From contig NC_092675.1 in NCBI RefSeq assembly GCF_964355755.1, forward strand, positions 29,050,912 to 29,114,911: DNA of 64,000 nt, in the 5' to 3' direction. The notes beneath the pieces are model-generated. The model was given only the letters and a program-made list of their open reading frames with translations, was not told where the DNA came from and made no database searches. This document shows positions 1 to 12,853 of the stretch, in pieces (positions within the stretch are counted from its first letter, which is position 1; every line of letters starts with the position of its first letter). Origin of the DNA: Antedon mediterranea (taxonomy: Eukaryota > Animalia > Echinodermata). A program made the position numbers and the translations under genes.

Positions 1-1703
1 CAAAAAAGATCTCTGTACCTAACATTTAAAAGCAAGTGTAAAATCTATGATACGGACACTTTTTATAGGCCTATAGGCTCTAAAATAAACCTAAATACCG
101 GGCCTACCGCCATCCTTTACTTCTTACAATTTACTTACTGTAAGTTAATTTCTATACTTATAACCAATTGGCTATGATTTTAAATTGTTATCGGAACAAG
201 TGACATTATTTCATGTGCGAGGTCCTTCTTGTGCGTCCGTCGCCTTGCAAATAGCGCGATGTGTTTGTTCGTAAAACTATATAACATATTAACTCTATTG
301 GCGAAAACACGTGAGCTTGTTCATAGATAAAGTCATGATTTTTTATAATATAACGATTAAAATTGAAATATTTTTTCAGGATCTGTAAATTCAAGGTGTT
401 ATCACGATTTTGTATGATTTTGGTCGGATTTTGTGCACACTACTATTTCGTAGGGTCTTCGCTTTCGAGGTCTTCGGTCTTCGATCTTCGCTTTCGAGGT
501 CTTCGCTTTCGACACACCCCATGTAGCCGGCCTAGCTAGGCCTAGCGTATCTTTCTTAATCTGGTGCTAGGCCTAGGCCTACTGCACTTTTGCACCTTCT
601 CTCGAATTTATTTAATTTAAAAACATTCACTTGCTGCGCGGTGAAGTCTTATTATTATGCCCAGATTTAGGTGCAAAAGTACAGTGTGCCTCTTGACTTT
701 TAATAATGTAATGATGAAAAAATAGAGTACTAATAGTACTAGGCTAGGCCTACTATCTAAACATACTAATCATGGAGGTATTATACCCCCATGTATTATT
801 AATTAAATGCACATCAATTGTATTGCCCACTTTACAACCCCGGGAGAGGTTTGTTATGGATGTGTCATTTACAAATAATTATTCATTTATTGACGCAGAG
901 GTGCATCGAAAACGTAAACGGTACCTCATATCAATGAACAATGGCCGTCAATTTACCACGTACACCAACCATATCTTGAACAACACGTTCGCAATGCGTC
1001 AAAATGGGTGGGTCATGGTCAACGCACCTCTCCTGGGTCATATGGTGGGTCATAAAATTGACAAGTGTATAACAGTAAGTTTAAAACCAAACTAGAAAAT
1101 TTGAAATAAAATAATTGAATGTACTGTTACCGGCCATACTAATTACGCCTAGCACAGAGCCCGGTTTCACTAAGTAGTGACCCGATATCGCATGGTGGGG
1201 TTTTATGATAAAAGATAATGTTAATACATGTTAGTAATGATTTAGTCGTAAATTTAACTTATATTTTTTTTAAAGTTATGTCAAAATTAACCTTTTCATT
1301 CGTTACACCGTATCAACAACAAAACATCACTTATCACAGAGAGGGCGGTCTTCAGTTTTGGAATAAACAATCGGTATTTTGACCGTTGGGTACATATACA
1401 AAGTATAAAACATAAATTATGTTAATATCACAATAAAATTAAATGTCATGTATCTTTTATATATTATACATTTTATCATAAAACACTACAGGGCGATATT
1501 TATAGTATGACTTACTGTTACTACTAGCTAGGATGATTGTTAATAATATTTGTAGAAAAATTGTCCACTTATTTCTACATACCGTAGGCTAAACAAACCT
1601 TTTATGTATAAAGCATTTATAATAACTAAAATATATATTTCATTTTCAGTTTTTGTGTTCAGATGCTGACAGTTTACAAGTGATCTAAATAAAAACATTT
1701 TTA

Positions 1704-2043
1704 ATGGCTCATTACCATGGCTACCCACGTCAAAATGAACACAACGATGGTTTTGGAAGCTTACACGAAGAAGAAGCCGATTACGGACTTCCGTTCAATA
1801 ACGTTCGCACAATGGTGGTGGGAGTGTCGAAAGACGTAGATAGACAAAAAGAAACTGCGTATATAAGAACGTCACCTCGAATTAAACGGCTACCGTTTGG
1901 TTTGACATTTTTGCTGGACTCAGGAGGCTATTTTCCATTAGGCTTTATATTTTTCAGTTGGTTGTACAATTCCATATTTGTTCCATATATAGTACTTCAT
2001 CCTCAATATAATGATGAAAATATTAATATCTACGCAGTAATTG
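1704..2043 (+). CDS. ZDHHC21: Palmitoyltransferase ZDHHC21-like, coding exon 1 (MAHYHGYP...WLYNSIFVPYIVLHPQY...AVI)
   Basis: ATG at 1704, preceded by a ttttcag acceptor at 1649. Ends at G|gtaagt (2043, phase 1). FLLDSGGYFPLGFIFFSWLYN..VPYIVLHPQY resembles the vertebrate ZDHHC21 N-terminus (FVVDPHGW..WLYN..IPKIVLFPHY). Confidence 0.88.
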
Positions 2044-2058
2044 GTAAGTTTGTATTTA

Positions 2059-2214
2059 TGCTTGGTTCCCACTAGAGACGCAACGCAAGGGCATCACGCA
2101 ACACAAGCGAGTCGACCAATCACAAGCGATGAATTATTCGAACAGTTGCTTGCCATTGGTCGCTTGAACCGTTGCGTCTACGTGCTCGCGTTGCATCCTA
2201 GTGGGAACCAAGCT
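2059..2214. mobile_element. MITE family B (PIF/Harbinger-like; TIR AGCTTGGTTCCCACTAG)
   Basis: Near-palindromic with TTA on both sides. Related copies at 16834, 30686, 30879, 34465 and 34617, and a fragment near 54455-54496. Confidence 0.85.
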
Positions 2215-2299
2215 TTAGTGAAACAATTTTCTCTGGTTTCGATTAGTATTAAGATACAGTTCATGAAATGTAAACCAGTAAAGTTTGAATAATGTTTTA

Positions 2300-2463
2300 A
2301 GCTCTGTCTACACTATCAAACTTTGTGTGACAAAGAAATGTGATATGCACATAATTATATGGACATGATGATGTCATATCACTACCATATTTGGAAATAT
2401 TACTACCATATTTGGGCACATCACACTTTTTGTCAAACTAGCTTGATAGTGTAGACAGAGCCT
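2300..2463 (+). mobile_element. MITE family A (PIF/Harbinger-like; TIR AGCTCTGTCTACACTATCAAAC)
   Basis: TIRs at both ends, internal ggacatgatgatgtcatatcactaccatatttggg core, and TWA flanks. At least 12 copies in the window. Confidence 0.9.
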
Positions 2464-2763
2464 TATAATTTAACTGTTAATATCTTGAAAGTTATATTAT
2501 CACAATCCTGCTATAGGATGGGTATAAGGTATTATCTTCAAGCTTAACTTAAAACTGAGGAATTTCGGATTAGGCACCCTCTATGGACCCACCCAACTAT
2601 GCAGCGTCTACTGAGATCAACACCTCGGGAGACGATCGATAATAAAGAATTTCACCCAATCTGAAAAGTTTATTTCAAGTTATTCTACCCAGAAAAGAAA
2701 TCTCAACAATATATTTCAATCATCCATTTTGTTAACCATTCATTTTTTTATTCTTTTCCACAG

Positions 2764-2865
2764 TTTATTATTTTTTCTCTCTTTTCACTTTTGTGTCGTT
2801 GTTCCGAGCAACTACAGCTGATCCTGGTCGAGTGGATTTTGAAGGAGGTCCAACGCCCCCTTACG
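2764..2865 (+). CDS. ZDHHC21: ZDHHC21 exon 2 (YYFFSLFTFVSLFRATTADPGRVDFEGGPTPPY)
   Basis: Polypyrimidine tract + cag acceptor and G|gtaag donor; 102 nt, phase 1-1. Contains a TM helix and the DPG motif of DHHC enzymes. Confidence 0.93.
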
Positions 2866-3376
2866 GTAAGTATTCAAACTCTCTAGCTTAAAATTTCAAT
2901 TGTCATGTATTTGTTATGCAATTAACATACATTTTCTCCAATTTCAAGATACTAATTGCATTTTTTTTTCATCTTGGGAATTTTTTGCAAGGTCTGATAA
3001 TTGCGCGATGTTAAACTCGTAAAGTGCGCCCTCTGTCTGTCACTGCTTCTATAGCCAAGATCATTGCCAGATTTCTGCAAGGCCTTTACTGTTACATCTC
3101 ATTCAATTAAAAAAGTGGTTGATTCAATAAATTTTTGGATAGTAGTTGTCATATATACAAATATACAAATATTTTGTATTCGTTGAATGAGGATGAAATT
3201 TCTGTTTTATTCAACTCGTGGAAATATTCTCCCCATTCAACTCATAATTTTCATTTGTATATTTTTGTATTGTTGGCTGTAGTAAGTAGCAGAATTAAAA
3301 TGTCATTATTTGAGATGATCCTGTTCTATGTTAATTATTGTAGTTATAATCCATCATGTGGTTCTGGTCTATTTAG

Positions 3377-3488
3377 GTGCAAATGATTGGTCTCTTTGTC
3401 AAAAATGTATGGTTCAACGGCCAATCAAATCTCACCACTGTAGTCGATGTATGCGTTGTATACGTAAGATGGATCATCATTGTCCGTG
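3377..3488 (+). CDS. ZDHHC21: ZDHHC21 exon 3, cysteine-rich DHHC domain ([34 protein letters not shown])
   Basis: tttag acceptor and TG|gtaag donor; 112 nt. Canonical CxxC...RP..SHHCxxCxxC..KMDHHCPW. Confidence 0.97.
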
Positions 3489-4457
3489 GTAAGAACTTAA
3501 AAATACAGTACATATAACTGTTAAAATTTAGGCTTAGTATTTAGTAGAAACAAGCTCAAATCAAGGCTCAGCATGTGAGCCGTGATTGTAAGGTAGGCCT
3601 AGGTTTACAAATGTGTAAGTCTAAATTTGCTTGAACTTTTTATGCCAGTCTTATTAGATTTGACTTGCGCTGAGTTGACTGTACTTAAAGTACTGTTACT
3701 AAGTATAGTATTGTTATATTAAACAATTTGTATTTGCTGCCCTCATGAAAAATGAATAACTATCATGGCCCGTTTTTTATTTGATTATGTAACAATAATT
3801 AATACATGTTTTGACTTGTAACGATGACTCATTTGAACAAGATGTGTTTAGAATTGATAGACTTACAAAGTTTAATTGTGTTGTTATTTGTTTAGTTATA
3901 ATTAAGAAGCACATGACATATTATATATGTGCATATTAATCACATTGTGTTAGTTACAGTCATCATCACATGCCAATTATTGCTATTTTTGCAAATAATA
4001 GCTTTACATATAAATTTAAGGTGATTTATTCATCTTAACTCAAATTCAACTTTGCAATAGTTGTCACATCAATTTTGATAGTGTAAACCGAGCTTATGAG
4101 GCCAAGAAAAAGCAAGGTTTATTTTATTGATTTTTAATATTCTGACTTTAAAATGTGAACAGATAATAAAGTAAGGTTTCTGATTAATTTTAATAATTTT
4201 AAATCAAAAATACATAAAGTATCTTGTCATTTAATAATTAATGGATAATTAAAACTGTTTGAAATGCAAGTAAAAAACATGATTAACATTAAAATTATAT
4301 TAAGTATACAAATCTGAAACATCATTTCATTTTTACAATTGTACATTAAAAGTAATCAAAGAAATTGAGAGAATGAGATAAAATATAAAATATTAATAAT
4401 AATTAACAAATATTTATTACTTAATACTTAAAGTATTATTTATTCATTGTTTCGTAG

Positions 4458-4596
4458 GATAAATAATTGTGTCGGTGAAGACAATCACTGGTTGTTTTTG
4501 TTGTTGGTCTTTTACGCAGCGTTGCTTAGTATTTACACATTTATACTTCAAATCTTACATTTCTACTATTTTCCACCTTGTGTATCATGTGATAAG
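4458..4596 (+). CDS. ZDHHC21: ZDHHC21 exon 4 (INNCVGEDNHWLFLLLVFY...HFYYFPPCVSCDK)
   Basis: ttcgtag acceptor and AAG|gtaagt donor; 139 nt, phase 2-0. INNCVGEDNHWLFL is the ZDHHC21-type sequence. Confidence 0.96.
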
Positions 4597-5517
4597 GTAA
4601 GTAATTAATAATTACAATTATAGAAATTTGATGTTTGTTTATGGGTTATTACTTGATTTGAAATATTGTACTTAAACACCCCGCTTACACCTCCCTCAAA
4701 GAAAACCCCCAATAGAACATCATTTTGAAAAAACATCCCCCTCCCCCCCTACTTATTTGAATAAATATGGTAAACAGTATATACAGTATATAGTTTAATG
4801 GAAAACAATCAGAGCACAATATAATATTGTCTTTTTTTATGTGCCATATCAAATATTTTTACAATTTGTCACAAATCAAATTAAATTTCAATAATTGTGC
4901 TCTTTGGTCAGAGTCAAACAGTCTAAGCCCTTGTCTGCTCTCTGTAGGCCTGTTCCTTTGCTTTTTTCAATCCATCTTTCCTTGTCAAGTCTCTGTGTTA
5001 TCTATACAATCTATCACAGAGGCTTATGTATCTGAAAATAATTTTTGTAATTTGATTTAGGTGTTTATCATGCTTTCAAATATAACTACCTTATGTTTCT
5101 GTTGTCATGTGACTTCAGTCTCAAGAGGAACATTGTTTTTTTTCCTGCTTTACTGCTTAAATGCAGTAAAAAGTTAAACACTGACAAAATATTGTATTTA
5201 TAGCTTGTATTGTAAAATTTATTTATTTATTTTTTTTAAAGCAAAAACAAGTTGTTCATAGTTTCCAAGTTTGTGCAAGTTTCTTGTATACAGTATACTG
5301 TAGCTACATTTTATAGAAATTGAAATGTACTTTCATATATTTGTATTTAATGTTATATATCTTGGGGTAGGTCAAACAAAGTCTTTCTGACTTATATTAC
5401 CCTCCCCCACATGATTACTTCATTGTATTTATTATCCTGTATGCGATAATATTGTGGAAATAAATTAAAAATTTAATTAAAAAGTTTCATTATTAGATAA
5501 GACAATTTATTTTTCAG

Positions 5518-5634
5518 TCGTTATTCATCCACCACAACAGTCGTTGGTTTATGTACGTCGTCTTCGTTCTAGCAATTCTACTGACAATTATTTGCGTTGG
5601 TCAAGTGTATACACAGGTTATTAACATAGCTACC
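5518..5634 (+). CDS. ZDHHC21: ZDHHC21 exon 5 (SLFIHHNSRWFMYVVFVLAILLTIICVGQVYTQVINIAT)
   Basis: ttttcag acceptor and ACC|gtaagt donor; 117 nt, phase 0-0. Fourth TM helix with a YTQ motif. Confidence 0.92.
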
Positions 5635-8537
5635 GTAAGTTGACAGTATTTTTATGATTTAACTTTACTTTACCAGCACAATAGCTTTAACTTTAATCTT
5701 TACCGTTTTGATTGATTGATTATTTATTCTGTTTAATTGTAAAATTATATAGTGCACATGGTGTGACCTAAATTCAAGCTGCCAATGATGGAGTTTTTGC
5801 AGTTTTCATCCAGATTAATAAATATACCATTTGCTTGGGTAATTTAATAAAGCCATTTTACTTTAAGTATTCCTTGATGTGTCATGCCATTTATTTCATA
5901 CAGTATAATAATATATTTATAAGTGCAATGGAACATTGGTTATCATCAATGATTGTGCTCCTGACTGACAATCGACTACGACCCCAAAATGTGTTCTATG
6001 TACATTAGAACTACGAAGTCCTGTTTTGTAAATAGCATTAATATATACAATTCTAACATTCAACGATAACTCATTGCTGTAATATTTGTTTTGAATTTTT
6101 AATCGTGTTAACAGTATTTTACATGGCCTATGGTGTTTTTGCAATCTGCATTTTAAATAGTTTTTTAATGGTATTTTAACACAGGCCTATAAATAGTGTT
6201 TCAACATTGTCTTTTGCATTTTAATGTATTTGTCTTTGTTGTTTTATTGTCTTAATTATGCCAAGAAAAATGAATATCCATTTTAAAGTGGACCAAAACT
6301 TTCCTGAATCTTGGCTTGCATAAAAAAAAATTAAATAAATCAAAATCACTGATGCAACAAGAATAACATTTGTAAAAATGTGGTTTAAAAGCTGCCCTCT
6401 ATCTACTACTTGCGTATGAACTCCACTGTGTGAGGCTTACCATACAGTTAACAGTTGTGTAACGATAACCTTTGTTCAGATACCAAAATGTGTACTCTGC
6501 GTACAAAACTCTTTCGTTATCCTCTTTTTTTCTTCGATTTGAACACGTCCTTGACGAGAACATTGATTTTGACATTAATCTTGTATTACATTCAATGTCA
6601 TTGTCTTTAACTTTAGTGATTTCCTTTTTTATACAATTTTCATATATGCCCTTGATATTATGGCTTAAATAAAATTGTATATTGTCTTAAATAAAGACTC
6701 TTATAATAAGCCATTTTGTAAATTTATCCTTCGAAAACATCAAATGGAATTGTATTTTTAAAATGCCATATTATTTTTTATCATGTTTGAGATTTTACCT
6801 CAATACTAAAACGAGTACTACACTAGATGAGAATTGGAATACAAACATAAGTTGTGTCAGTTTGTCTGTATGATGATTTCCTCGCAGACCTATTGTTACA
6901 GTAATCTAGTTAAATGGTTTAAACTCTGACCCATTACAAGAAGATATACCGCAATTCAATACCAGGTTTGTTTGTTAATGATTTAACTAAATGCTATAAA
7001 TTAAATTGCATTTGACAACAACAAAGCTGTTTAATAACACTACAGAATGTGTATATGTATACTGCCCTCCATAATCAATTATATATTTTTTTTCTTTTAA
7101 TATTTAGTTGAGATTAGTGGATATTTCGACTAATGATAAAAACCAGATTATAGTATGGCTTACTTGGTTTACTTCTAATAGATGTAGATTTAAACTATTT
7201 GAAACTCATTTTCTACATTTCAACTGTATTCAAATTAGTCATTATGTTTGTTTTTAAAAATCTATATTAATATTGTTCTCAATTTTGTCCAAGTACTCTC
7301 ACTTCACCTGATGATGGTGTAGTGTTGCCTGAAAGGTCTGCTAATTTTTCTGTCCGTTTTACTTTATCGTTCTGATTTAGATTTTTTCTTATTTTATTTG
7401 TATCTCAATTGAGATCCAGCCACTGATACCCACAGCAATGCATTGTCATTTTATCAGTAAGTTGCCTTTGGATTTATATAATATATTTAATGATATAGAA
7501 TTCCCAACAAGACTCCCAGTCCATTCTGCTGTAAATGAGTATAATGCTCCTAGTAAACAATGCTGTCAGACTTTCCAACCTTCCGATTTCTCCGAGAGCC
7601 CCCAAAATGTTCATCCGATCTCCCAAATATTAACAAAATCTCACAAAATGTTGTTTTAAATATTCGTCAAATTTGTTAAAAATATGTCATTTATTAACAG
7701 TTTGTAAAATCACAAACATTCAAATTTCATATCAAACTTAGATTAATGTCATCCCTAAAGTGGAAAGTGGCAATAGAGATAGTCAGAGGACTTGAACCAG
7801 ACTCCATGAGTATCCATATAAGTACTAAACCATTGACTGAACATTATTTAAAATAAGTAAGTTAAGCGGACAGATGAATACACCTCATGACTGATTTACT
7901 AATCATAATGCAATGTCATCATTTCCTCCTATAGCTCTAAATTCTAGATTATACAGTATAAAATGAGGTTAATTTGTTTATGAAAATCTGTTTCTGTTAC
8001 AGGTGTATTAATGTTTTGCTAATTGTAAGGTCGGTTATATTTCGTTGATCGTTAGCTCTACATCTTAACGAGCTATCAGCTCTAATTCCACGAATACAGG
8101 ATGCGCTTGCTCATCATTTGTTTATTGAACTAGAACCTGGAGAACTAGGCCGCATAAATTAACTATAATTCATCGGCAAATTAATCATATAATTTCATTG
8201 TTGTAAATTACCAACATTATTCTTATGTTCTAATATTGCGTGACAATATATTTTTTTTATATAATATAAATTATTGATTAACTTAAATAAAGTTTTTTAG
8301 TTAAATTTTAAATAAAGATAAACAAAAATAATGATTTCAATTTAAAAAAAATAAAATCGACAGTTACATTTTATTTGAAATTCGTTGACTTCTTTTTTAC
8401 CATTTGACACATACAATTTGTTTTCGATACAATTTTTCGTAAAAGTGAATGAATATGTGACATTCATTCAACAAAATTATTCTTTCAGGGGCCAACATAT
8501 CTTGAATATAGATAATTTAGGTTAGTTTAAGATGTAA

Positions 8538-8682
8538 AGCTCTGTTTACACTATCAAACTATATGTGACAAACAAATGTGATGTGCCCATATGGACATGA
8601 TGATGTCATATCACTACCATATTTGGGCATCACTACCATAAATCCGGCACATCACACCTTTTTTGTCAAACTAGTGATAGTT
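8538..8682 (+). mobile_element. MITE family A, right end truncated
   Basis: Left TIR and internal core present. Confidence 0.85.
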
Positions 8683-11103
8683 TAAAAATGTTTTTTAGGT
8701 GAACAGCTTAAAGTCAAATCAAAATATTAATGTACAGTTACCTTTGATAAAAATATGAATGTTCTAAATTTATAAAAGTGAAAGGAAAAAACTAAATCTC
8801 AATTATGTGCTTTCCTTTTTTTATTATGGGATTTCCGTCGATTCTACCTCAATTTTTTTGTTTCAAATTAATTACATTTATGGAGTTAATTATCATGTAT
8901 TTAAATAAATTATTGTATTGTTTATGGAACATAATTTTAGAAAATGAATATACATTATATAGTATAGTATATTTTATTTTAATAGTCATGCTGTTTAACC
9001 CATCGTATTCTACCTCCGAAGCCCTTCCACCTCCAGCATGAGGCCAATACATGCATCATCTGTATTTGTGCTGGGACATCTTTTGACTTCTCTGTTTATG
9101 CTATGTTAGAATAACGGAATTAAAGCAATATGATGTGGAGATTTTAAAACAGCATTGAGTTAATTTGATAGTTTATTCATCATGTAATTGGCGAGTTTCA
9201 CGCTTTTGGATGCGAAAAGAAAAGAAAGGAAAGTCTTTATCTATTTATATTCTTGTAAGAATTAGCCTTTTCTCTAAAGATTTTAAAGTTGAAAGTTTCT
9301 AAAACTGTTGTTCTAAATTTACATAATACTTGCGTCGGAAGCTACTGACTTTCAAGATCTTTATTGAATTCTGTTTTCAGTTTTCTGTATTTTTAGATAC
9401 CCTGCCTAAATAAGTCCAATTATTCATGATATCTTTCAATAAAAGTGACTTCTTTGGGTTATTTCTTGTTAAGTCATTGATTGACAACATACAAAATTGT
9501 TAATAAATAATTTATGTAGCTTGAAATTGATATAATATAATTTTGAAATCTGTCAGTGACCTTGATGTTGAATAATTTGACCTTGACAATGTCCTTCATC
9601 GCAGCAAAGCTGTTGATAAAAAAGCGTTATATGTTGACAACATGTACAGGTTTAATGATACTAGATTTGATGTACTTTATAAAATGCTAGAAACTGATAA
9701 ATATATTGCTATTATATTTAAATTGGAACACAAAGATAAAAACCCTAAACCGTCCTGTTAAAATAAAGAAGTTTATGAGAATTTTGTAACACCCTAGCGT
9801 GCCCCAGCCAACCCCCTCAATCCCCTGCCAGCAACAGTAACAGGTTTAAAAATTATTTGTTCTCTCTGAAGGCAATTCTGGTCTAACATAGATTGTCAGT
9901 CTGATTTTTTTCGCATTTATAAATTAATTGCATTTATGACTTCTCTGTATATTTATTTCTAATATTATTAATATTTGAGAATTATATAATTTTTAATATC
10001 TTATTTAGCAGCTTAATTTTTATAACCATAAGAGTAAGACCACTATCTCCTTTCCAGTTTTGTGCGAGTGTGTATGTATACATTATTATTAACCATACAT
10101 CAGAAATTTATAATTTTTTAAATATCCTATTTCATAGCTTAAACTTTCAACAATGAGAACTCCTATTTAGTTTTTTACAATATGCAAATTAAGCGCTCAC
10201 TATCACATCAAATATTTCAACAACAGAATTCACTGTTCAAACTTGTTCGTTTTGCAACAACAATTACTGACAGATACTTGACGAAGTTTAAGTACTAGTT
10301 AAAACTAGATGAAACAAGGTAAAGTTCAATTTTGGTTTTAAATTTTCAAGGTCATATTTTATTATAAGTTACAAATTTCTCTTCAATTTAAGTGTCTTAA
10401 TTGCAGTTTCCTTTAAAGTAAAATCGTATTTATCTTTTTTGTGAAATAGGTATTATATAGTAAGAAAGCCTGCGCTGTAGAACCCCTTACTTTCCAAACT
10501 TCAATCTATTAAGCATTTTGTACTTTTTGGCAAAGTAAGAAACAGCATGAGTAAAAGCAAACACTTTCTTCAGGTGGGACTTGAAGATGTTGGTCATAAA
10601 AACCTATGATAAACTGTAAACCTCCTAGTATACAATTGACATTAATTTAATGTTATCCAAATTTCAAAACAACATTCTTTCTTGCATAATACTATTTCTT
10701 TTATCTCAATACAGCTTCGTTCATTTAGCCCATATGTACTTTATTTAGGTCACAATAACTAATTTGATTACATGAAATAGAATTTATAAATTAAATGAAT
10801 ATTAAACTTCCTTAATATAGAAAACTTTGCAAGAGAGTGAGCGCCTGTGGGTCCAATTAAGGCTAGACCTAGATTACAATATATTTCAAGATTACTATAA
10901 TTGTTGATATTAGGCACTGACAGACTTACTATAACAATATTTAAGTGACAGGTGTATTAATATATATAAACATTTTTTAATGTTTATTTCATCATGGTAA
11001 TTTCTAAAATTCAGTTCAATAAATCTTATTAACCTAAATTTGGACTTATGATTTGTTTCAGTCATATTCACTAACTTAGTAAACAATGTATTGAAAAGTA
11101 TAA

Positions 11104-11390
11104 TCTGTGTAAAGTAGATTAGAATTGGTGTAAAATAAATTAGAATCAGTTTAAAATAAATTGGAATCAGTGTAAAGTAGATTAGAATTGGTGCAAAGTA
11201 CAGTAGATTAAAATCCGTGTAAAGCAGAGTAGAATCAGTGTAAAGTAGATTAGAATCAGTGTAAAATAAATTAGAATCAGTTTAAAGTAGATTAGAATCA
11301 GTGTAAATTAGATTAGAATCAGTGTAAAGCAGATTAGAATTAGTGTAAAATAGATTATAATTAGTGTATATTACATTAGAATTAGTGTAA
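11104..11390. repeat. Minisatellite, 21-bp unit (tagattagaatcagtgtaaag), about 14 copies
   Basis: Periodicity directly visible in the sequence. Confidence 0.93.
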
Positions 11391-12134
11391 CAAATTGTTT
11401 TTAGCATTAAAATTAGCATAACCTTTATTTCAATGTATTATTTTATTTTAAAATATTTGGAAAAATAATTATTTTTAAATTTTTTTACATAAATTCAACA
11501 TTGGTTAATTAAGTTATTGTTTGTAAACATGATCTAAAGTCATCATGAATGCTGATTTTTTTTAGACTGTTCTTGTTAAGCTTATTTTACAATCACACAA
11601 ATGATAGTCAAAGTTTGTACCAAGATTGAAACTAACAATCTTCAAATTTCTAACTACATTCAGGCACTTTTTAGACTAAAATAGTGTAGTCTACATTTTG
11701 ATTTACAATTTATCTCCTTATTCATTGTAATTTTCGATACAAGGATAAAAATAGAAATTTCACAAGGAAAGCCCAAAACAAAAGTTGTAAGCTTTTAATT
11801 TGAATATTAACAAGATTATTGTAGGCCTAAAGATTGCCATCGTCACGTTTCTTTTTTCTGGCGTGTTGCCCATGTGATTAGCGACTCATCGCATTCCTTT
11901 CAATGTCAATTGCTCCCTAGAAACTACATCAAGTAAGATGTGATAGGGAGGAGTATCAAAATGTTTAATAACTAAATTAAAAAAATATTATAGTAAGACA
12001 TTTTTTTTAAAGTTCTTGTTGGGTGGAAAGTTTTCTCTTCTGAGTATTTGCCAAATATTATACTGTATTTTTCAAGTATATTCAATTTTCGTGTATTCAC
12101 GTATTTTATTTTGAATTTAATTAATGTTTTCTAA

Positions 12135-12248
12135 AGCTCTGTCTACACTATCAAACTTTATGTGATGTGCCCATATATGGACATGATGATGTCATATCAC
12201 TACCATATTTGGACACATCACACTTGTTTGATAGTATAGACAGAGCAT
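12135..12248 (+). mobile_element. MITE family A, short variant
   Basis: Both TIRs and the core are present. Confidence 0.88.
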
Positions 12249-12853
12249 TAGTCAAATAATTAAAAAAAAACGCTGGTTTGCAGTTGTTTTTGATAATATT
12301 ACCTTAGTTTTTGTAGAAAAGAACCCTTTCCTTTGTCACAAACTATTAATAAAAATGTTTTTGAAGGTAAATCTTAGTGATGTGATCAAAAGTTTAAATT
12401 TAAAAATTACAAATGTACAATATATATTTTGGATCCTCTGTATTTATTTTCACAACCTGTATCATCATTAGATGAAAAAAAAATGTTTATGAAATAAAAA
12501 TCAGATTGAAAAACGGATAATAAATATGAGTAATAATAATAATTATTATTTATTTTGAATTATTTATCTCACACTGGATAGCTATTTATATGAAATTTAT
12601 AAATTCTTTCAATTTCTGCACCTCTTTTTATGTACTGTATTTGTATGACCTATTTCTTAAAGGTAAACACATTTTATTACCTGTAAAATAAGATGGGGTT
12701 TGTTCCACATCAACACCCAGCATGTCATCTTCTAGGTAAAAGAAAGTCCATATACTTAGTGTATATACAACACTAGTTTATGTCATCCTATCCACTTGTT
12801 TTAATATTTATATTGTTTTCTAAGGATAAATTGTGTATTTTTTTTACAAACTG

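Noticed and set aside
448-520. (gtcttc/gctttc)n array near the window start
   Set aside because: Probably the subterminal repeat of a transposon cut by the window edge; its partner end is not visible, so it cannot be classified.
772-1095. 107-aa ORF upstream of ZDHHC21
   Set aside because: No recognisable domain. It overlaps the probable promoter and non-coding first exon (gtaagt donor at 1075).
7770-7840. tRNA-like A/B boxes on the - strand
   Set aside because: No cloverleaf can be formed; at most a heavily decayed SINE head.
11104-11390. Regular repeats here (and at 56526-57047 and 30795-31112) considered as CRISPR arrays
   Set aside because: Head-to-tail units with no unique spacers, no cas genes, and a eukaryotic intronic or intergenic context.
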